Of a stretch of DNA of 64,000 nucleotides, positions 50,632 through 61,650 are shown piece by piece (the first letter of the stretch is position 1; the number at the start of each line of letters is the position of its first letter). The notes under the pieces were generated by a model, which did no database searches, was not told the DNA's origin, and worked only from the letters and a program-made list of their open reading frames with translations. Both the position numbers and the translations under genes were made by a program. Source of the DNA: Syntrophales bacterium (GTDB lineage Bacteria > Desulfobacterota > Syntrophia > Syntrophales > UBA2210). Where the stretch lies: contig CAXXKT010000001.1 in NCBI GenBank assembly GCA_963662405.2, positions 608,001 through 672,000 on the forward strand, read 5' to 3'.

Positions 50632-53151
50632 TTATAGGGACCTGAACATCAAAACAAAGGCTGTCCCCCTCGGCTGATTGTCTTGTGCATAGACATATCC
50701 GCCGTACTTCTCCATGGCCTTTTTGACGATGTGGAGTCCCAGACCGGTGTGTCCCGTCTCTCCATCCACAAACCCCTCCTCGAAGATAGCCTCCTTGATA
50801 TCATTCACAATGCCGGACCCGTTGTCGGCAATACGCACCTCACACATATCGTCCTGTCTCTCGATGGCAACCTCGATCGTATCGGCCTTCCCATGAATAA
50901 CGGCATTCCGCGTGATATTGTCGATAACGGAGATAAGGGCATCGTCGGCCATGACATGGGCTTTCCCATTGATTTTTATGTTGATAAAGGGATAGCTTTT
51001 TGCAATTTCTTTTACGATTTCATGTATCTTATACGCCTTGAGGTCCTTGTGCACCGACATAAAAAACTCCAGGCCCCTCATCTTATCGATCAAAGCCAAG
51101 CTTTTTCGAACACGTTCCTCCGTCTCTTCCAGAATTTCCTCTTCATGAGAGAGCTTGTATAAATTCAGGCCACCCCGTATGACCAGGAGATCATTCGTCA
51201 GGTCGTGACGCAGTATCTGGTTGATCAGGGCAAGGTGTTCACGGTGTGTTTTTATTTCCTCTTCGGCCTGCCGGCGGGCGGTCACATCTCGCGATACACC
51301 GCGAAATCCGACCGGGTTTCCTTCAGCATCTCTCATCAGTGAAACGTTCAGCTCATGGATCCCTCGGTTCCCGTCACCTTTCACTACCTCGAATTCCTCC
51401 ACCTCCGTTGACTGCCCCGTGCGGTATATCTCACGGAAGATCTCTCGTGCCCGCTCCGCGGTTTGAGGGGTGGCAAAATCGAGGGCGTGTCGCCCCATCG
51501 CCTTCTCACCGGGAATTTTCGTAATCCTGCCAAGGGCATCGTTGGAGAAGATATACCGCCCTTCAAGGTCAATCTCCCAATAGCCTTCCTCCATCTCCTC
51601 GAGAATGCTCCGGTACCGCTCCTCGCTCCGACGGAGTGCCCGTTCTGCCTCTTTGAGTGAGGTGATAGGGGTGGCTACGATCAGAAAACAACTTTCCCCG
51701 TGGAACCGAAGCATCCGGGCCGACACCAGGTCGTCCAGAACGGTCCCGTCTTTCACCCGGAAGGAAATCTCGAGCCCGTCTACCCGGCCCTCCTGTACCA
51801 GAATTTCAAAAAGCCCCTTCCGGTCCGCCGGATCGGCATATAATTTCAGCGCGGCGGAGGTCCGCCCGATGATCTCTTCGGCGGTGTATCCCGTCTGACG
51901 GCAGAAGGCGTCATTGACCTGCAGGTACCGGGCGTCCTTTCTCCTGACAATCGCGATCGCGTCGGGTGACAGTTCGAGAATATTCCGATAGTTCTCCTCA
52001 CTCTCCCGCAGAGCGGCTTCCATCATACGGCGCTCAGTGACATCGTGGGCAATGCCACGGAACCCGTTCGAACGCCCCGTATCGTCTTTCATGAGAGAGA
52101 CCGTTATCTGGAATACCCCCACGCTGCCATCCCTCCTGGCAATCTGATAATCTCCTACACCTGAAGGGTTTCCCGTCCGGGAGACATCTTCAAAGATCCG
52201 GCACATCTGTTCCCGCGTTTCGGAATCGGCATAGCGGCTGAGATTCACACCGCTCAGAAGTTCGTCCCGCTTCGCGTCCGCCATCCTGCACACCGCACTA
52301 TTCACGAAGGTCAGTTTCCCGGTCAGGTCGGTCTCCCAGTAACCGACCTCCAGCCCCTCAAGGACGGTTCGCAATTTTGATTCCTCTTCCTCCTCTTTCG
52401 CCCCGGCGATCCCGGCCGCCCGGCGCGCCGCACAGAAAAGAGAACCCTTCCCCCGGTACGTAAGTTTGTGTAGGCTGACCGCCACCGGAATCGTCCGCCC
52501 GTCAGCCGCTCGCAGCCCCAGGGGAAATCCCCGTTTCTCCTCACTGTCGCGCAGGCTGAGAATCGTAGCGACGTCCTCCTGCGACAGAATGAGAGACAGA
52601 TTCATCCCCAGGAGATCTTTCCTTCTGTATCCGAGGGTCAAGCAGCACGCCTCGTTGACCTCCATGATTGTGCCGGTAAAATTCGTTATGAACACATTAT
52701 CAGAGATGCTGTCGGAGATACGGGAGACGAATTCATCGGATGCGCAGCATCCCTGCAGCAACTTCCACAGGCGCAGGGTTCGCTCCACGGCGTGATACAG
52801 GTCCGCGAATGACCCGGAATCGATGACAAAATCGATCGCTCCCGCTCGGAGCGCCTCTTCCGCCGCCCGCTCGTCGCCAGGATCGGCCGTGATCAGAATG
52901 GGAAATGGATCGGTCTCCGGCGGTAATACCAGGCTGTCGGCGGCCTCTCCATCGGGAAGATGGAGGCCGACGAGGGCGACGTCAGGGGTTCGAACGCTCA
53001 CGATTGTGTGGTAGTCCCGGAGCGTATGCACCACATCAATCTCCCCATTCCACCCGGAGGTCAGAAGCACACGACACATAGCCTCCGCACGGGCCGGGTC
53101 TCCTTCAATAATGACAATATGTGGGCATTTCGATTCCATCGACTTTTCCAT
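50632..53151 (-). CDS. Multi-PAS histidine kinase with a degenerate N-terminal receiver domain
   Basis: REC-like N-terminus, about four PAS/PAC units, LRHDLTN H-box, NAVIH, DNGSGI, GLGL. Confidence 0.92.
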   Translation of the reverse strand: MEKSMESKCPHIVIIEGDPARAEAMCRVLLTSGWNGEIDVVHTLRDYHTIVSVRTPDVALVGLHLPDGEAADSLVLPPETDPFPILITADPGDERAAEEALRAGAIDFVIDSGSFADLYHAVERTLRLWKLLQGCCASDEFVSRISDSISDNVFITNFTGTIMEVNEACCLTLGYRRKDLLGMNLSLILSQEDVATILSLRDSEEKRGFPLGLRAADGRTIPVAVSLHKLTYRGKGSLFCAARRAAGIAGAKEEEEESKLRTVLEGLEVGYWETDLTGKLTFVNSAVCRMADAKRDELLSGVNLSRYADSETREQMCRIFEDVSRTGNPSGVGDYQIARRDGSVGVFQITVSLMKDDTGRSNGFRGIAHDVTERRMMEAALRESEENYRNILELSPDAIAIVRRKDARYLQVNDAFCRQTGYTAEEIIGRTSAALKLYADPADRKGLFEILVQEGRVDGLEISFRVKDGTVLDDLVSARMLRFHGESCFLIVATPITSLKEAERALRRSEERYRSILEEMEEGYWEIDLEGRYIFSNDALGRITKIPGEKAMGRHALDFATPQTAERAREIFREIYRTGQSTEVEEFEVVKGDGNRGIHELNVSLMRDAEGNPVGFRGVSRDVTARRQAEEEIKTHREHLALINQILRHDLTNDLLVIRGGLNLYKLSHEEEILEETEERVRKSLALIDKMRGLEFFMSVHKDLKAYKIHEIVKEIAKSYPFINIKINGKAHVMADDALISVIDNITRNAVIHGKADTIEVAIERQDDMCEVRIADNGSGIVNDIKEAIFEEGFVDGETGHTGLGLHIVKKAMEKYGGYVYAQDNQPRGTAFVLMFRSL

Positions 53152-53171
53152 GTGGGCAATTACGACGCTGA

Positions 53172-53834
53172 TTATCTCACACGGGAGAAATAGTCTTCAT
53201 CGCTCTTGTCGAGGATGTAATCCCGGACAGGATCGGGGACAAGGTACCGGATGGAACGTCGTTCCCGCACCCGGTTTCGAATATCGGTGGACGATATATC
53301 CATCGGGGCGAGGGTCCTGAAAAAAACACAGCGGTCGGCGCCCCCCCTGAAACCGTCTGCAATGGGGTCATACGTCAAAAAGGATATCATATCGGGCGGC
53401 ACAATCCCTTCCAGTGTTCTTGTTTCATATCCCGGTCTGGTCATGACAACGAAGTTGCACAGCCGCAGCAACTCCCTCCATGCCTTCCACCGAGGAATCT
53501 CCTGAAAGGCGTCCTGTCCCAGGATGAAATAAAGCTTGGTATCCTCCGGCGAGTTGTCCAGAAAATACCGGACCGTCTCGATGGAGTAGGACCTCCCGCC
53601 CCTTGTCGCTTCAATGTCCGAAATGGCAAAGGAGGGATTATTCTCGATGGCCAGGCTGAGCATCCGTGAACGGTGTTGGAAGGGAAGTATGTCACCGGCC
53701 GTCTTGAGGGGTTGCACGTGGTTCGGGATAAAGAGAATCTTGTCGAGGGCGAACAGTTCGAGGACCTCCTCGGCGCACCGCAAGTGCCCGAGATGCACGG
53801 GGTCAAAGGTTCCTCCGAATAATCCCCACTTCAT
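53172..53834 (-). CDS. nadD: Nicotinate-nucleotide adenylyltransferase
   Basis: [23 protein letters not shown]. Confidence 0.96.
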   Translation of the reverse strand: MKWGLFGGTFDPVHLGHLRCAEEVLELFALDKILFIPNHVQPLKTAGDILPFQHRSRMLSLAIENNPSFAISDIEATRGGRSYSIETVRYFLDNSPEDTKLYFILGQDAFQEIPRWKAWRELLRLCNFVVMTRPGYETRTLEGIVPPDMISFLTYDPIADGFRGGADRCVFFRTLAPMDISSTDIRNRVRERRSIRYLVPDPVRDYILDKSDEDYFSRVR

Positions 53835-55087
53835 GTTCGTATCTGACCGTCACCGTAGATGATGAATTTTGTTGTCGTCAGCTCTTCGAGCCCCATGGGG
53901 CCGAAGGCATGGAGCTTGGTGGTACTGATTCCCATCTCCGCTCCCAGGCCCAGCTCGAATCCGTCGCTGAACCGGGTGGAGGCATTCACCACGACCGTGG
54001 ACGAATTGACCTTACTGAGGAAGGAGTGGGCGTTGGCGTAGTCACTCGTGACAATCGATTCCGTGTGGAGGGAACCGTACTTCTCGATATGCGCTACTGC
54101 CTCATCAAGGCTCTCGACTACCCGCACCGCGAGGATCAGATCAAGGTATTCCTCGTACCAGTCGGCCTCCGTCGCTGCCTCGATATCCGGGAGGATAGCC
54201 CGCGCCTTTTCACAACCCCTCAGGACAACACCTGCCTTGCGTAACGTGTCGGCGACGACGGGGAGAAATGAACCGGCGACGCCGTCGTGCACCAACAGGG
54301 TCTCCATGGCATTGCAGACACCCGGCCGCTGGGCCTTCGCATTGAGACAGATGGCTGTTGCCATGTTCATATCGGCACTCTCGTCCACGAATACATGACA
54401 GACCCCCTTGTAGTGCTTGATGACGGGAATCCGCGACATCTCGACCACCGCCCTGATCAACCCTTCCCCCCCACGGGGGATAATCAGGTCGATGTACTCT
54501 TCGAGCTTCAGCATCTCGCCGACGGCCTCCCGGTCGGTTGTAGAGATGATCTGTATGGCGCTCTCCGGTATGCCCGTTTCTTTCAGGACATCCTGTAGTA
54601 CCCGGGCTATGGCGAGATTGGAATGAATCGCTTCCGATCCACCCCGGAGTATGACGGCATTCCCCGATTTCAGGCATAAGGCCGCGGCATCCGCCGTCAC
54701 ATTCGGACGGGACTCATAGATTATCCCGATAACACCGAGGGGTATCCGCTTCTTTCCCACCAACAGGCCGTTGGGACGCCTTCTCATCCCGGTCACCTCA
54801 CCGACCGGATCGGGAAGAGCGGCGATCTGTTCGAGACCCTCAGCCATCCCCCTGACCGATTTTTCATCCAGCGTCAAACGGTCGATCATGGCGGATGTCA
54901 AGCCCTGTCCCCGTGCGTATTCGAGATCACGGATATTCTCTCGTATAATTTGTTCTGCTTCTTCCACCAGCCGTTCCGCCATTTTCACGAGCGCCTCGTT
55001 CTTTATAGTAGACGAAAGATTCGCGAGTATCCCGGCGGCTTTCCTGGCCTCAACCCCGACCCGTACAACCTCTGTCTTGATATCCAT
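53831..55087 (-). CDS. proA: Gamma-glutamyl phosphate reductase
   Basis: [39 protein letters not shown]. Confidence 0.97.
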   Translation of the reverse strand: MDIKTEVVRVGVEARKAAGILANLSSTIKNEALVKMAERLVEEAEQIIRENIRDLEYARGQGLTSAMIDRLTLDEKSVRGMAEGLEQIAALPDPVGEVTGMRRRPNGLLVGKKRIPLGVIGIIYESRPNVTADAAALCLKSGNAVILRGGSEAIHSNLAIARVLQDVLKETGIPESAIQIISTTDREAVGEMLKLEEYIDLIIPRGGEGLIRAVVEMSRIPVIKHYKGVCHVFVDESADMNMATAICLNAKAQRPGVCNAMETLLVHDGVAGSFLPVVADTLRKAGVVLRGCEKARAILPDIEAATEADWYEEYLDLILAVRVVESLDEAVAHIEKYGSLHTESIVTSDYANAHSFLSKVNSSTVVVNASTRFSDGFELGLGAEMGISTTKLHAFGPMGLEELTTTKFIIYGDGQIRT

Positions 55088-55210
55088 TGCCCAGCTCCTT
55101 CATTTCATGTGATTTTACCATTGAGAAGAATGTATCTATAGTATATGAGAGGTCCTGTCAAGAATTCCAAAATAATTCATCGTTTGAAGTGCCCCTACAG
55201 GAAAAGACAA

Positions 55211-56281
55211 ATGCCTATGAATAAGCTATGTGTCAGAGCGGGAGAGCAGGTATATCAAATCATACAGGACGGACATTTGTCGTTTGACGATATCACGACA
55301 TACATCGGAACTGCTGCAGGACCCCGGTGGCTTCTCGCCACCGGGTTCGATCGAGCCATCCTGAAGGGCAACGTGCTCGGAGTCAAGCGGCCCGTGATAC
55401 TCGCCGGCTCATCGGCGGGGGCGATGCGCCTCGCCGCATGGATGCAACCGGAGCCCGAAAAGAGTTACGAGAAACTCATTGAGGCGTATATCGCCATGCA
55501 CGTTACCAAAAAGGACACTCCCGAGACAATCATGCGGTCCATCCGCACCGTTATCGATTCCTATGTCGACGACGATGCCCTCCCTTTCGCATTGTCCAAC
55601 AAGCGATATCGGTTGGCGATCATTACGGCCCGGGCGAAGCGCCTTGCCGCCTCAAATGTGCGGTGGCTGCAGAGGCTGGGTCTTGGCACGGCATTCGCGT
55701 GCAATGCCCTCAGTCGAAATTCAATCCATCAGTTTTTCCAGCGGGTTGTGTTCCACAACAGTCCCCTTCTCCCCTATTTCTGTCTGAATCACGATTTTAG
55801 AGGTCAGGCGATCCCCCTGAACGAGGCCAATTTCAAACCCGCCCTCTTGGCCTCAGCAGCAACGCCGCTCCTCTGTACCGGCGTCAGAGACATATACGGT
55901 GCGCCGAGGGGTATGTATCGCGATGGAGGATTGACGGATTACCATCTCAATCAGAGATATTCGGGCTCCGGCTCTGTCACCCTCCTTTTCAACCATCAAC
56001 GGAGCTTGGTACCAACCGTTATGGATAAATCAATCCCTTCCCGGCAACCTTCACGGGATTACTTGGGGAATATCCTCCTGGTCTATCCCTCAAACGACTT
56101 TATCCGTCTCTTGCCCTATGAGCACCTCCCCGATCGGGATGATTTCAAAAAGTATGCCGACAATCCCATGAAAAGGATACGGTCCTGGAAAAGAGCGGTC
56201 ACGGTTTCGGAACACCTTGGAGATGAGTTCCTGGAACTGGTAGAAAGCGGCAAGCTTCGTGAGGTGACAGAGAGGTTATAG
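55211..56281 (+). CDS. Patatin-like phospholipase family protein
   Basis: GSSAG nucleophile motif, DGG motif. Confidence 0.8.
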   Translation: MPMNKLCVRAGEQVYQIIQDGHLSFDDITTYIGTAAGPRWLLATGFDRAILKGNVLGVKRPVILAGSSAGAMRLAAWMQPEPEKSYEKLIEAYIAMHVTKKDTPETIMRSIRTVIDSYVDDDALPFALSNKRYRLAIITARAKRLAASNVRWLQRLGLGTAFACNALSRNSIHQFFQRVVFHNSPLLPYFCLNHDFRGQAIPLNEANFKPALLASAATPLLCTGVRDIYGAPRGMYRDGGLTDYHLNQRYSGSGSVTLLFNHQRSLVPTVMDKSIPSRQPSRDYLGNILLVYPSNDFIRLLPYEHLPDRDDFKKYADNPMKRIRSWKRAVTVSEHLGDEFLELVESGKLREVTERL

Positions 56282-56285
56282 GACA

Positions 56286-57251
56286 ATGAGCCCAAGATAT
56301 CTCGGCAAGGGCAGGGAGGATACGTTAGGAAAGACGGCGGACACCCTTGCCGGCGTCCTGAAGAGTTGCGTCCTGTGCCCGCACCGGTGCCGCGTCGACA
56401 GGACGGTGGGGGAGCGGGGATTCTGCAATCTCGGCGCCCTCCCGATGGTCGACAGCGCCCTGCCACACCACGGCGAAGAGCCCGTTCTCTCGGGACATGG
56501 CGGCGCGGGGACCATCTTTTTTTCATCGTGCAACATGCGGTGTATCTATTGCCAGAACTGGCAGATCAGTCACCACGTTACGGGTAAAAACCTGGGCCCC
56601 TCTGAATTGTCACGCATAATGAGAAACCTCCAAGAGCAGGGATGCCACAACATCGATGCGGTGACGCCGACTCCCCATCTCCCGGGAATCATTGCGGCCC
56701 TCCTCGATGCCTCACGGTACGGCCTTTCGATCCCTCTCGTGTACAACTGCGGTGGGTATGAAAACCCGGATATCATCAGGCTCCTCGACGGGATTACCGA
56801 CATCTACCTTCCCGATCTCAAGTACGGGAACGATCACGACGCCCAGGCCTTTTCGGGGGTGGACGATTACGTCCGTCATGCCGACGCCGCGCTCCGGGAG
56901 ATGGTGCGACAGGTGGGAGAATCGCTGGAGACCGAGAACGGTATCGCCACGCGGGGGGTGATCATTCGCCACCTGGTCCTCCCCGGCAGGGTAGAAAACA
57001 GCCTGCAGGTCTTAAAGATTATCAAGGGAATATCAACCTCCCTGTCGCTCAGCCTCATGTCACAGTATACCCCCGTGCAACCCGTCGCACGACACCCCCT
57101 CCTCGGGCGGAGGGTAACAAAAGAAGAATATGAAACGGTAGTAAACACGGCAATCGAAATGGGCTTCGACAATCTCTTTGTGCAGGGGGTAAACGATCGC
57201 CACCTCGCCCCGGATTTCGACCGGGACGCCCCCTTCCAATGGGAAGATTAG
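56286..57251 (+). CDS. Radical SAM protein, PflX-like
   Basis: CVLCPHRC, HHGEEP, CNMRCIYCQN, IIRHLVLPG, MSQYTP. Confidence 0.9.
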   Translation: MSPRYLGKGREDTLGKTADTLAGVLKSCVLCPHRCRVDRTVGERGFCNLGALPMVDSALPHHGEEPVLSGHGGAGTIFFSSCNMRCIYCQNWQISHHVTGKNLGPSELSRIMRNLQEQGCHNIDAVTPTPHLPGIIAALLDASRYGLSIPLVYNCGGYENPDIIRLLDGITDIYLPDLKYGNDHDAQAFSGVDDYVRHADAALREMVRQVGESLETENGIATRGVIIRHLVLPGRVENSLQVLKIIKGISTSLSLSLMSQYTPVQPVARHPLLGRRVTKEEYETVVNTAIEMGFDNLFVQGVNDRHLAPDFDRDAPFQWED

Positions 57252-57287
57252 CAGAATACAGGGAGCAAACGCTCTCAGGCGGGGGGG

Positions 57288-57962
57288 TTATTTCCCTCCG
57301 ATGTCCTGAACCGTCACCCCCGGCGGCGGGGTGAATTCGAACAACTCATCCGGGGGGTCGGCATTGAAGATAATATGGTCGAAGGTAAGGCGTGTCTCGT
57401 TCTCGTAGAGATCGGTAAAGACACACCCCACAATATGATAGGTGCCTCTCTTTACAATCAGCAATAACTGTTTGATACCGGCTTCATACTCCTGTGGTTT
57501 CAGAAGGATCCGATAGTTGCCGGCTTCGTCGGTCGAGCCCTCTGCCGGAAAGCTCACCACGAAATCATCCGTGAGACGGCCGATACCGGTCAGAAAGCGG
57601 ATCGTCATCTTTGAGGACAAGACAACCCGTGCGTCCTGTACATACACGATCTTTTCATCCGGGACATATAACCACGCCTTTTGCGGGTTGATGACCAGCT
57701 TTTTCATCGAAGGGGCGGCATAGTCCCACAGCATCCTCTCCGGTTTTTTCAGGTAGACGGTTCCTTCCTCCCGCGTGGTCTTCCCCATCGACTTGATGGT
57801 CGCCTCCTGGACAAAAGCCGCCTTGAAATCCGCGGTACGGTCATAGGTCGCCTGGACCTTGCCTATCAGTTCATCGAGGGAGAGGGATTGGGCAAAGACC
57901 GGCAAACCCTTAACAATTAAGACAGAAATGAGGATCTGAATCAGGATCATCCTCTTCAGCAT
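57288..57962 (-). CDS. lolA: Outer-membrane lipoprotein carrier LolA
   Basis: Signal peptide, A.FVQ, G.VYLKKPERMLWDY, FEFTPPPG. Confidence 0.88.
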   Translation of the reverse strand: MLKRMILIQILISVLIVKGLPVFAQSLSLDELIGKVQATYDRTADFKAAFVQEATIKSMGKTTREEGTVYLKKPERMLWDYAAPSMKKLVINPQKAWLYVPDEKIVYVQDARVVLSSKMTIRFLTGIGRLTDDFVVSFPAEGSTDEAGNYRILLKPQEYEAGIKQLLLIVKRGTYHIVGCVFTDLYENETRLTFDHIIFNADPPDELFEFTPPPGVTVQDIGGK

Positions 57963-58091
57963 GAAATGGTTTACATAAGATGGGAACATCGATGAAAAGG
58001 TACCTATACAATAACGGCTATATAGACGTAAGCGTCTATTATTACTAATCATAAATCGATGCTCGCTTTGCAGGCAATCTGGTCTAAGATA

Positions 58092-58161
58092 TCGTCAACA
58101 GAATAGTTACTCGCCATATCAACAGCCTTATCAACAGGCATATCAACAGTTCTGTGGATTG
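58092..58161. repeat. 12-bp tandem repeats containing DnaA-box-like 9-mers
   Basis: (A/T)TATCAACAG at 58116, 58128, 58140; TCGTCAACAG at 58092; inverted CTGTGGAT at 58152. Confidence 0.65.
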
Positions 58162-58197
58162 TTGCCCGGAAATCTTTTTCTTTTGCAACTGGACCGT

Positions 58198-59271
58198 TTA
58201 CGCAATTTTCACCCTCCATCCAAAGGGATCTTCTTTGTCGCCATACTGGATCTGAAGTATTTCGTTATACAGTTTCTCCGTCAATGATCCGGTCTTCCCT
58301 TCCCCGATCACATATTCCTTTCCTCGAAAGAAGATCTGCCCCACCGGTGAGACGATGGCGGCGGTTCCGGATGCAAAGACCTCCTTCAGGGTCCCGTCCG
58401 CTTCGGCACGCAGTATCTCATCCATCGACAACTGCTCCTCAAGGACGTTGACCCCCCATGATTGTGCCAATCGTATGACAGCATCGCGCGTGACACCGGG
58501 GAGAATGCTCCCCGACAGGGGTGGCGTGATCAGATTGTCCCCGATTACGAAGAAGATGTTGCTTGTTCCGACCTCTTCGATATATTTACGTTCTTTCGCG
58601 TCGAGCCAGAGGACCTGTGTGTAGCCCATCTCCGATGCCTCACGGCTCGCATAGAGACTGGCCGCGTAGTTCCCCGCCGCCTTGCGATCTCCCACTCCCC
58701 CGGGGGTCGAACGGGTGTACTTCTCGCTCACGTATATCTTGGTGGGACTGAACCCCTCCGGATAATAGGCCCCCACCGGTCCCACAATGATGAAGAAGAG
58801 ATACCGGTTTGAGGGATGAACCCCGAGAGCGACCTCGGTGGCGATCATCGTCGGCCTGATATACAGCGATGTTCCTTCACCGCGAGGTATCCAATCCTTT
58901 TCCAAGAGAACCAGTTGCTTCAACGCCTCCATGAACAGGGTTTCATCGACCTGGGGCATGCACAGACGGTCCGCCGAGCGGTTCATTCGCTTGATATTTT
59001 CTTCCGGTCTGAAAAGAAAGATCGATTCATCGTCTCCCCGGTAGGCCTTCATCCCCTCGAATATCTCCTGCCCGTAGTGGAGACACATGGAGGCCGGATC
59101 GAGATAGAGAGGGCGCATCGGCTCTATGGAGGGACCGTGCCAGCCCCTGCCCTCATCATAATTCATAATGAAGAAATGATCGGTAAATATCTTGCCGAAT
59201 CCGAGTGTCGATTCATCCTTCGGTTTTGGTTTCATACGATTCGGATCAGCTGGCGTGACTCTTATTTTCAT
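58198..59271 (-). CDS. ilvE: Branched-chain amino acid aminotransferase
   Basis: LHYGQEIFEGMKAY, LYIRP, KAAGNYAAS, EEVGTSN, ILPGVTR, GTAA. Confidence 0.97.
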   Translation of the reverse strand: MKIRVTPADPNRMKPKPKDESTLGFGKIFTDHFFIMNYDEGRGWHGPSIEPMRPLYLDPASMCLHYGQEIFEGMKAYRGDDESIFLFRPEENIKRMNRSADRLCMPQVDETLFMEALKQLVLLEKDWIPRGEGTSLYIRPTMIATEVALGVHPSNRYLFFIIVGPVGAYYPEGFSPTKIYVSEKYTRSTPGGVGDRKAAGNYAASLYASREASEMGYTQVLWLDAKERKYIEEVGTSNIFFVIGDNLITPPLSGSILPGVTRDAVIRLAQSWGVNVLEEQLSMDEILRAEADGTLKEVFASGTAAIVSPVGQIFFRGKEYVIGEGKTGSLTEKLYNEILQIQYGDKEDPFGWRVKIA

Positions 59272-59469
59272 TGTGGTTTTCCTTTCAAAAGGTGTAATCC
59301 CCGACGGTGCTGTTTCTGATCGGTATCCCCTACGAGAATTGTAGAGAAATACCCGCAAATATACCGACCTGTCAAGGGTAAAAAGGGGTAAACAGGGGAT
59401 TGAGGATCTTCTCCCGCGCCTTGATTGAAGATGCGCTATCGAATGGTATTGGATACATGTGACACGGTG

Positions 59470-59732
59470 ATTCACGAAAAAGTGGCATCCCCCAATAGAT
59501 GCGAGATTACCATTGCAGCAGACATGTGTCTACCCAAAGGCATAGATAAATCTAAGAAATATCCGGCCATCACTGTCGGCACGCCCTATGGCGGGGTGAA
59601 AGAGCAGGGGGCGGGTATCTCCGCGCAAACCATGGCAGAAGGAACCCTATATTGTCCCGGGCGCGAGACATATCGATTTGTACGACCGGTCTTGACAAGC
59701 TCATCTTCTTTTTGACCACATCTCTGAAATAG
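59470..59732 (+). pseudogene. Internally deleted alpha/beta-hydrolase (YcjY-like) remnant
   Basis: N-terminal AADMCLP...KKYPAI.VGTPYGGVKEQGAG joined to C-terminal IVPGARHIDLYDR...DKLIFFLTTSLK* in shifting frames. Confidence 0.75.
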
Positions 59733-60007
59733 GGTGATGCGCAAGACCTGTATCGATGACTGAACAGGGTGATTGGCATAACGCCCGTGGGAGAACTCCG
59801 CCTTGGCACGGCAATGGATACCGGGCCGATCCGCGTCCGGAGAAAGGATTTCATTTCCGTGGTTGAAGCAGCGGGCGGCAGGACCAAGACCGAAAGCGCT
59901 CGGAAGATACTGAACACGATGCTGTGCCGCGGGAAATAACCGGATCTTCCGAAGCCTGAACAAATCATACGATAAGATCAGATAAGAAGAAGGGAAGATT
60001 GCCGCTT

Positions 60008-61534
60008 CTATATCACATCCCGATCAAGGGAACGGTACTGGATGGCTTCCGACACGTGTGACGGGCCGATCTCTTTTTCACCATCGAGATCGGCGATGGT
60101 CCGTGCCACCTTCAGGATTCGGGTATAGGCCCGGGCGCTCAGACCAAGCCGATCGACCGCCATCTCGATGAGCCGCCTCGATTCATCGTCCAGGACACAG
60201 TGTCTCCTGATCTGCCGGGCGGTCATCCCTGCATTGGACTGAAGAGATGTCTTGAAACGCTTTTCCTGAATCGCCCGTGCCCCGCCCACTCGTTTCCTGA
60301 TTGTCTCTGATGTCTCTCCGCCCCCACTCCCCGCAAGCTCCCGGTACCTGACGGCGGGGACCTCGATGTGGATATCGATCCGGTCGAGGAGAGGACCGGA
60401 GATCTTCGCCCGGTACTGGCGTATCTGATTGGGAGTACACCGGCACTGCCGCCGACTGTCGGTAAAGTACCCGCAGGGGCAGGGGTTCATGGCGGCTACC
60501 AGCATGAATCGCGCGGGATAGGTTGCCGAGGCGGACGAGCGGGAGACGGTAATGGAGCCGCTCTCCAGGGGCTGCCGCAGGACCTCCAGGACGTTCCGTC
60601 TGAACTCCGGCAACTCATCGAGGAACAGGATTCCGTTATGGGCAAGACTGATCTCACCCGGCCTCGGGACGCGTCCTCCTCCCACCAGCCCCGCGTCGGA
60701 TATGGAGTGATGGGGCGCGCGAAAGGGGCGCGCAACCAGGATCGGCTCCTTCCTCCCGAGGAGTCCGGCGACGGAGTGGACCTTCGTCGTCTCCACGGCC
60801 TCTTCAAAGGAGAGATCGGGGAGGATCGTCAGGAGTCGCTGTGCCAGCATGGTCTTCCCGGAACCGGGGGGACCGACCATCAGGATATTGTGATTCCCGG
60901 CCGCCGCCACCTCCAGGGCCCGTTTTGCCTGATTCTGCCCGGCGACCTCGCTGAAATCAAAGGGATACCGACACCGCTGAGAGAAGAGTCGGGAGAGGTC
61001 CGTCTTCAAGGGAACGACCTCCCGTGCCCCGTTCAGGAATTCAACCGCGTCGTGCAGGTAGTCAACGGGGATTACCTCGATCGATTCGACCATCGACCCT
61101 TCCGCGGCGTTTTCACGGGGAAGCACGATCCCCCTGAGTCCTTTCTCCCCCGCCTGAATTGCAGCGGGGAGGGCGCCGCTGACACCCTTGACGCTCCCGT
61201 CGAGGGACAGTTCACCCGTGAAGAGATATTCGGAGAGGCAATCCGGTGAGACAACCCCCTGCGCCGCGAGTATCCCGATGGCGATGGGGAGGTCAAACCC
61301 CGTTCCCTCTTTCTTGATGTCGGCGGGGGCGAGATTGACGGTCACACGGGTGCCGGGGAAGGTATAGCCGGAATTATGTATGGCAGCCTTGATTCGATCC
61401 TTGCTCTCCTTGACGGACAGGTCGGGGAGACCGACCGTGAAGAACTGCGGGAGACCACGCGACACATCGACCTCCACCTCCACCGGCCAGGAATCGATAC
61501 CCAGTATGGCACTGCTCGTAACCTTGACGATCAC
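60008..61534 (-). CDS. YifB/ComM Mg-chelatase-like AAA+ ATPase
   Basis: [53 protein letters not shown]. Confidence 0.95.
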   Translation of the reverse strand: MIVKVTSSAILGIDSWPVEVEVDVSRGLPQFFTVGLPDLSVKESKDRIKAAIHNSGYTFPGTRVTVNLAPADIKKEGTGFDLPIAIGILAAQGVVSPDCLSEYLFTGELSLDGSVKGVSGALPAAIQAGEKGLRGIVLPRENAAEGSMVESIEVIPVDYLHDAVEFLNGAREVVPLKTDLSRLFSQRCRYPFDFSEVAGQNQAKRALEVAAAGNHNILMVGPPGSGKTMLAQRLLTILPDLSFEEAVETTKVHSVAGLLGRKEPILVARPFRAPHHSISDAGLVGGGRVPRPGEISLAHNGILFLDELPEFRRNVLEVLRQPLESGSITVSRSSASATYPARFMLVAAMNPCPCGYFTDSRRQCRCTPNQIRQYRAKISGPLLDRIDIHIEVPAVRYRELAGSGGGETSETIRKRVGGARAIQEKRFKTSLQSNAGMTARQIRRHCVLDDESRRLIEMAVDRLGLSARAYTRILKVARTIADLDGEKEIGPSHVSEAIQYRSLDRDVI

Positions 61535-61650
61535 TATCCATACCTCGCAGATACGGTTCTCGTCATACAGCGCGAAACATAGTGTCTATGCTATTGAATA
61601 AAGAGCGGTATGGCAAGGGTTTTTATTGCCTTACCACAGTCGTACCGGTG

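Noticed and set aside
58113..58148. CRISPR array
   Set aside because: Repeats are 12 bp and directly adjacent with no spacers; no cas genes in the window.
59735..59940. Second selenoprotein candidate (TGA near 59757)
   Set aside because: No start codon or RBS in frame, no recognisable family and no SECIS-like stem.
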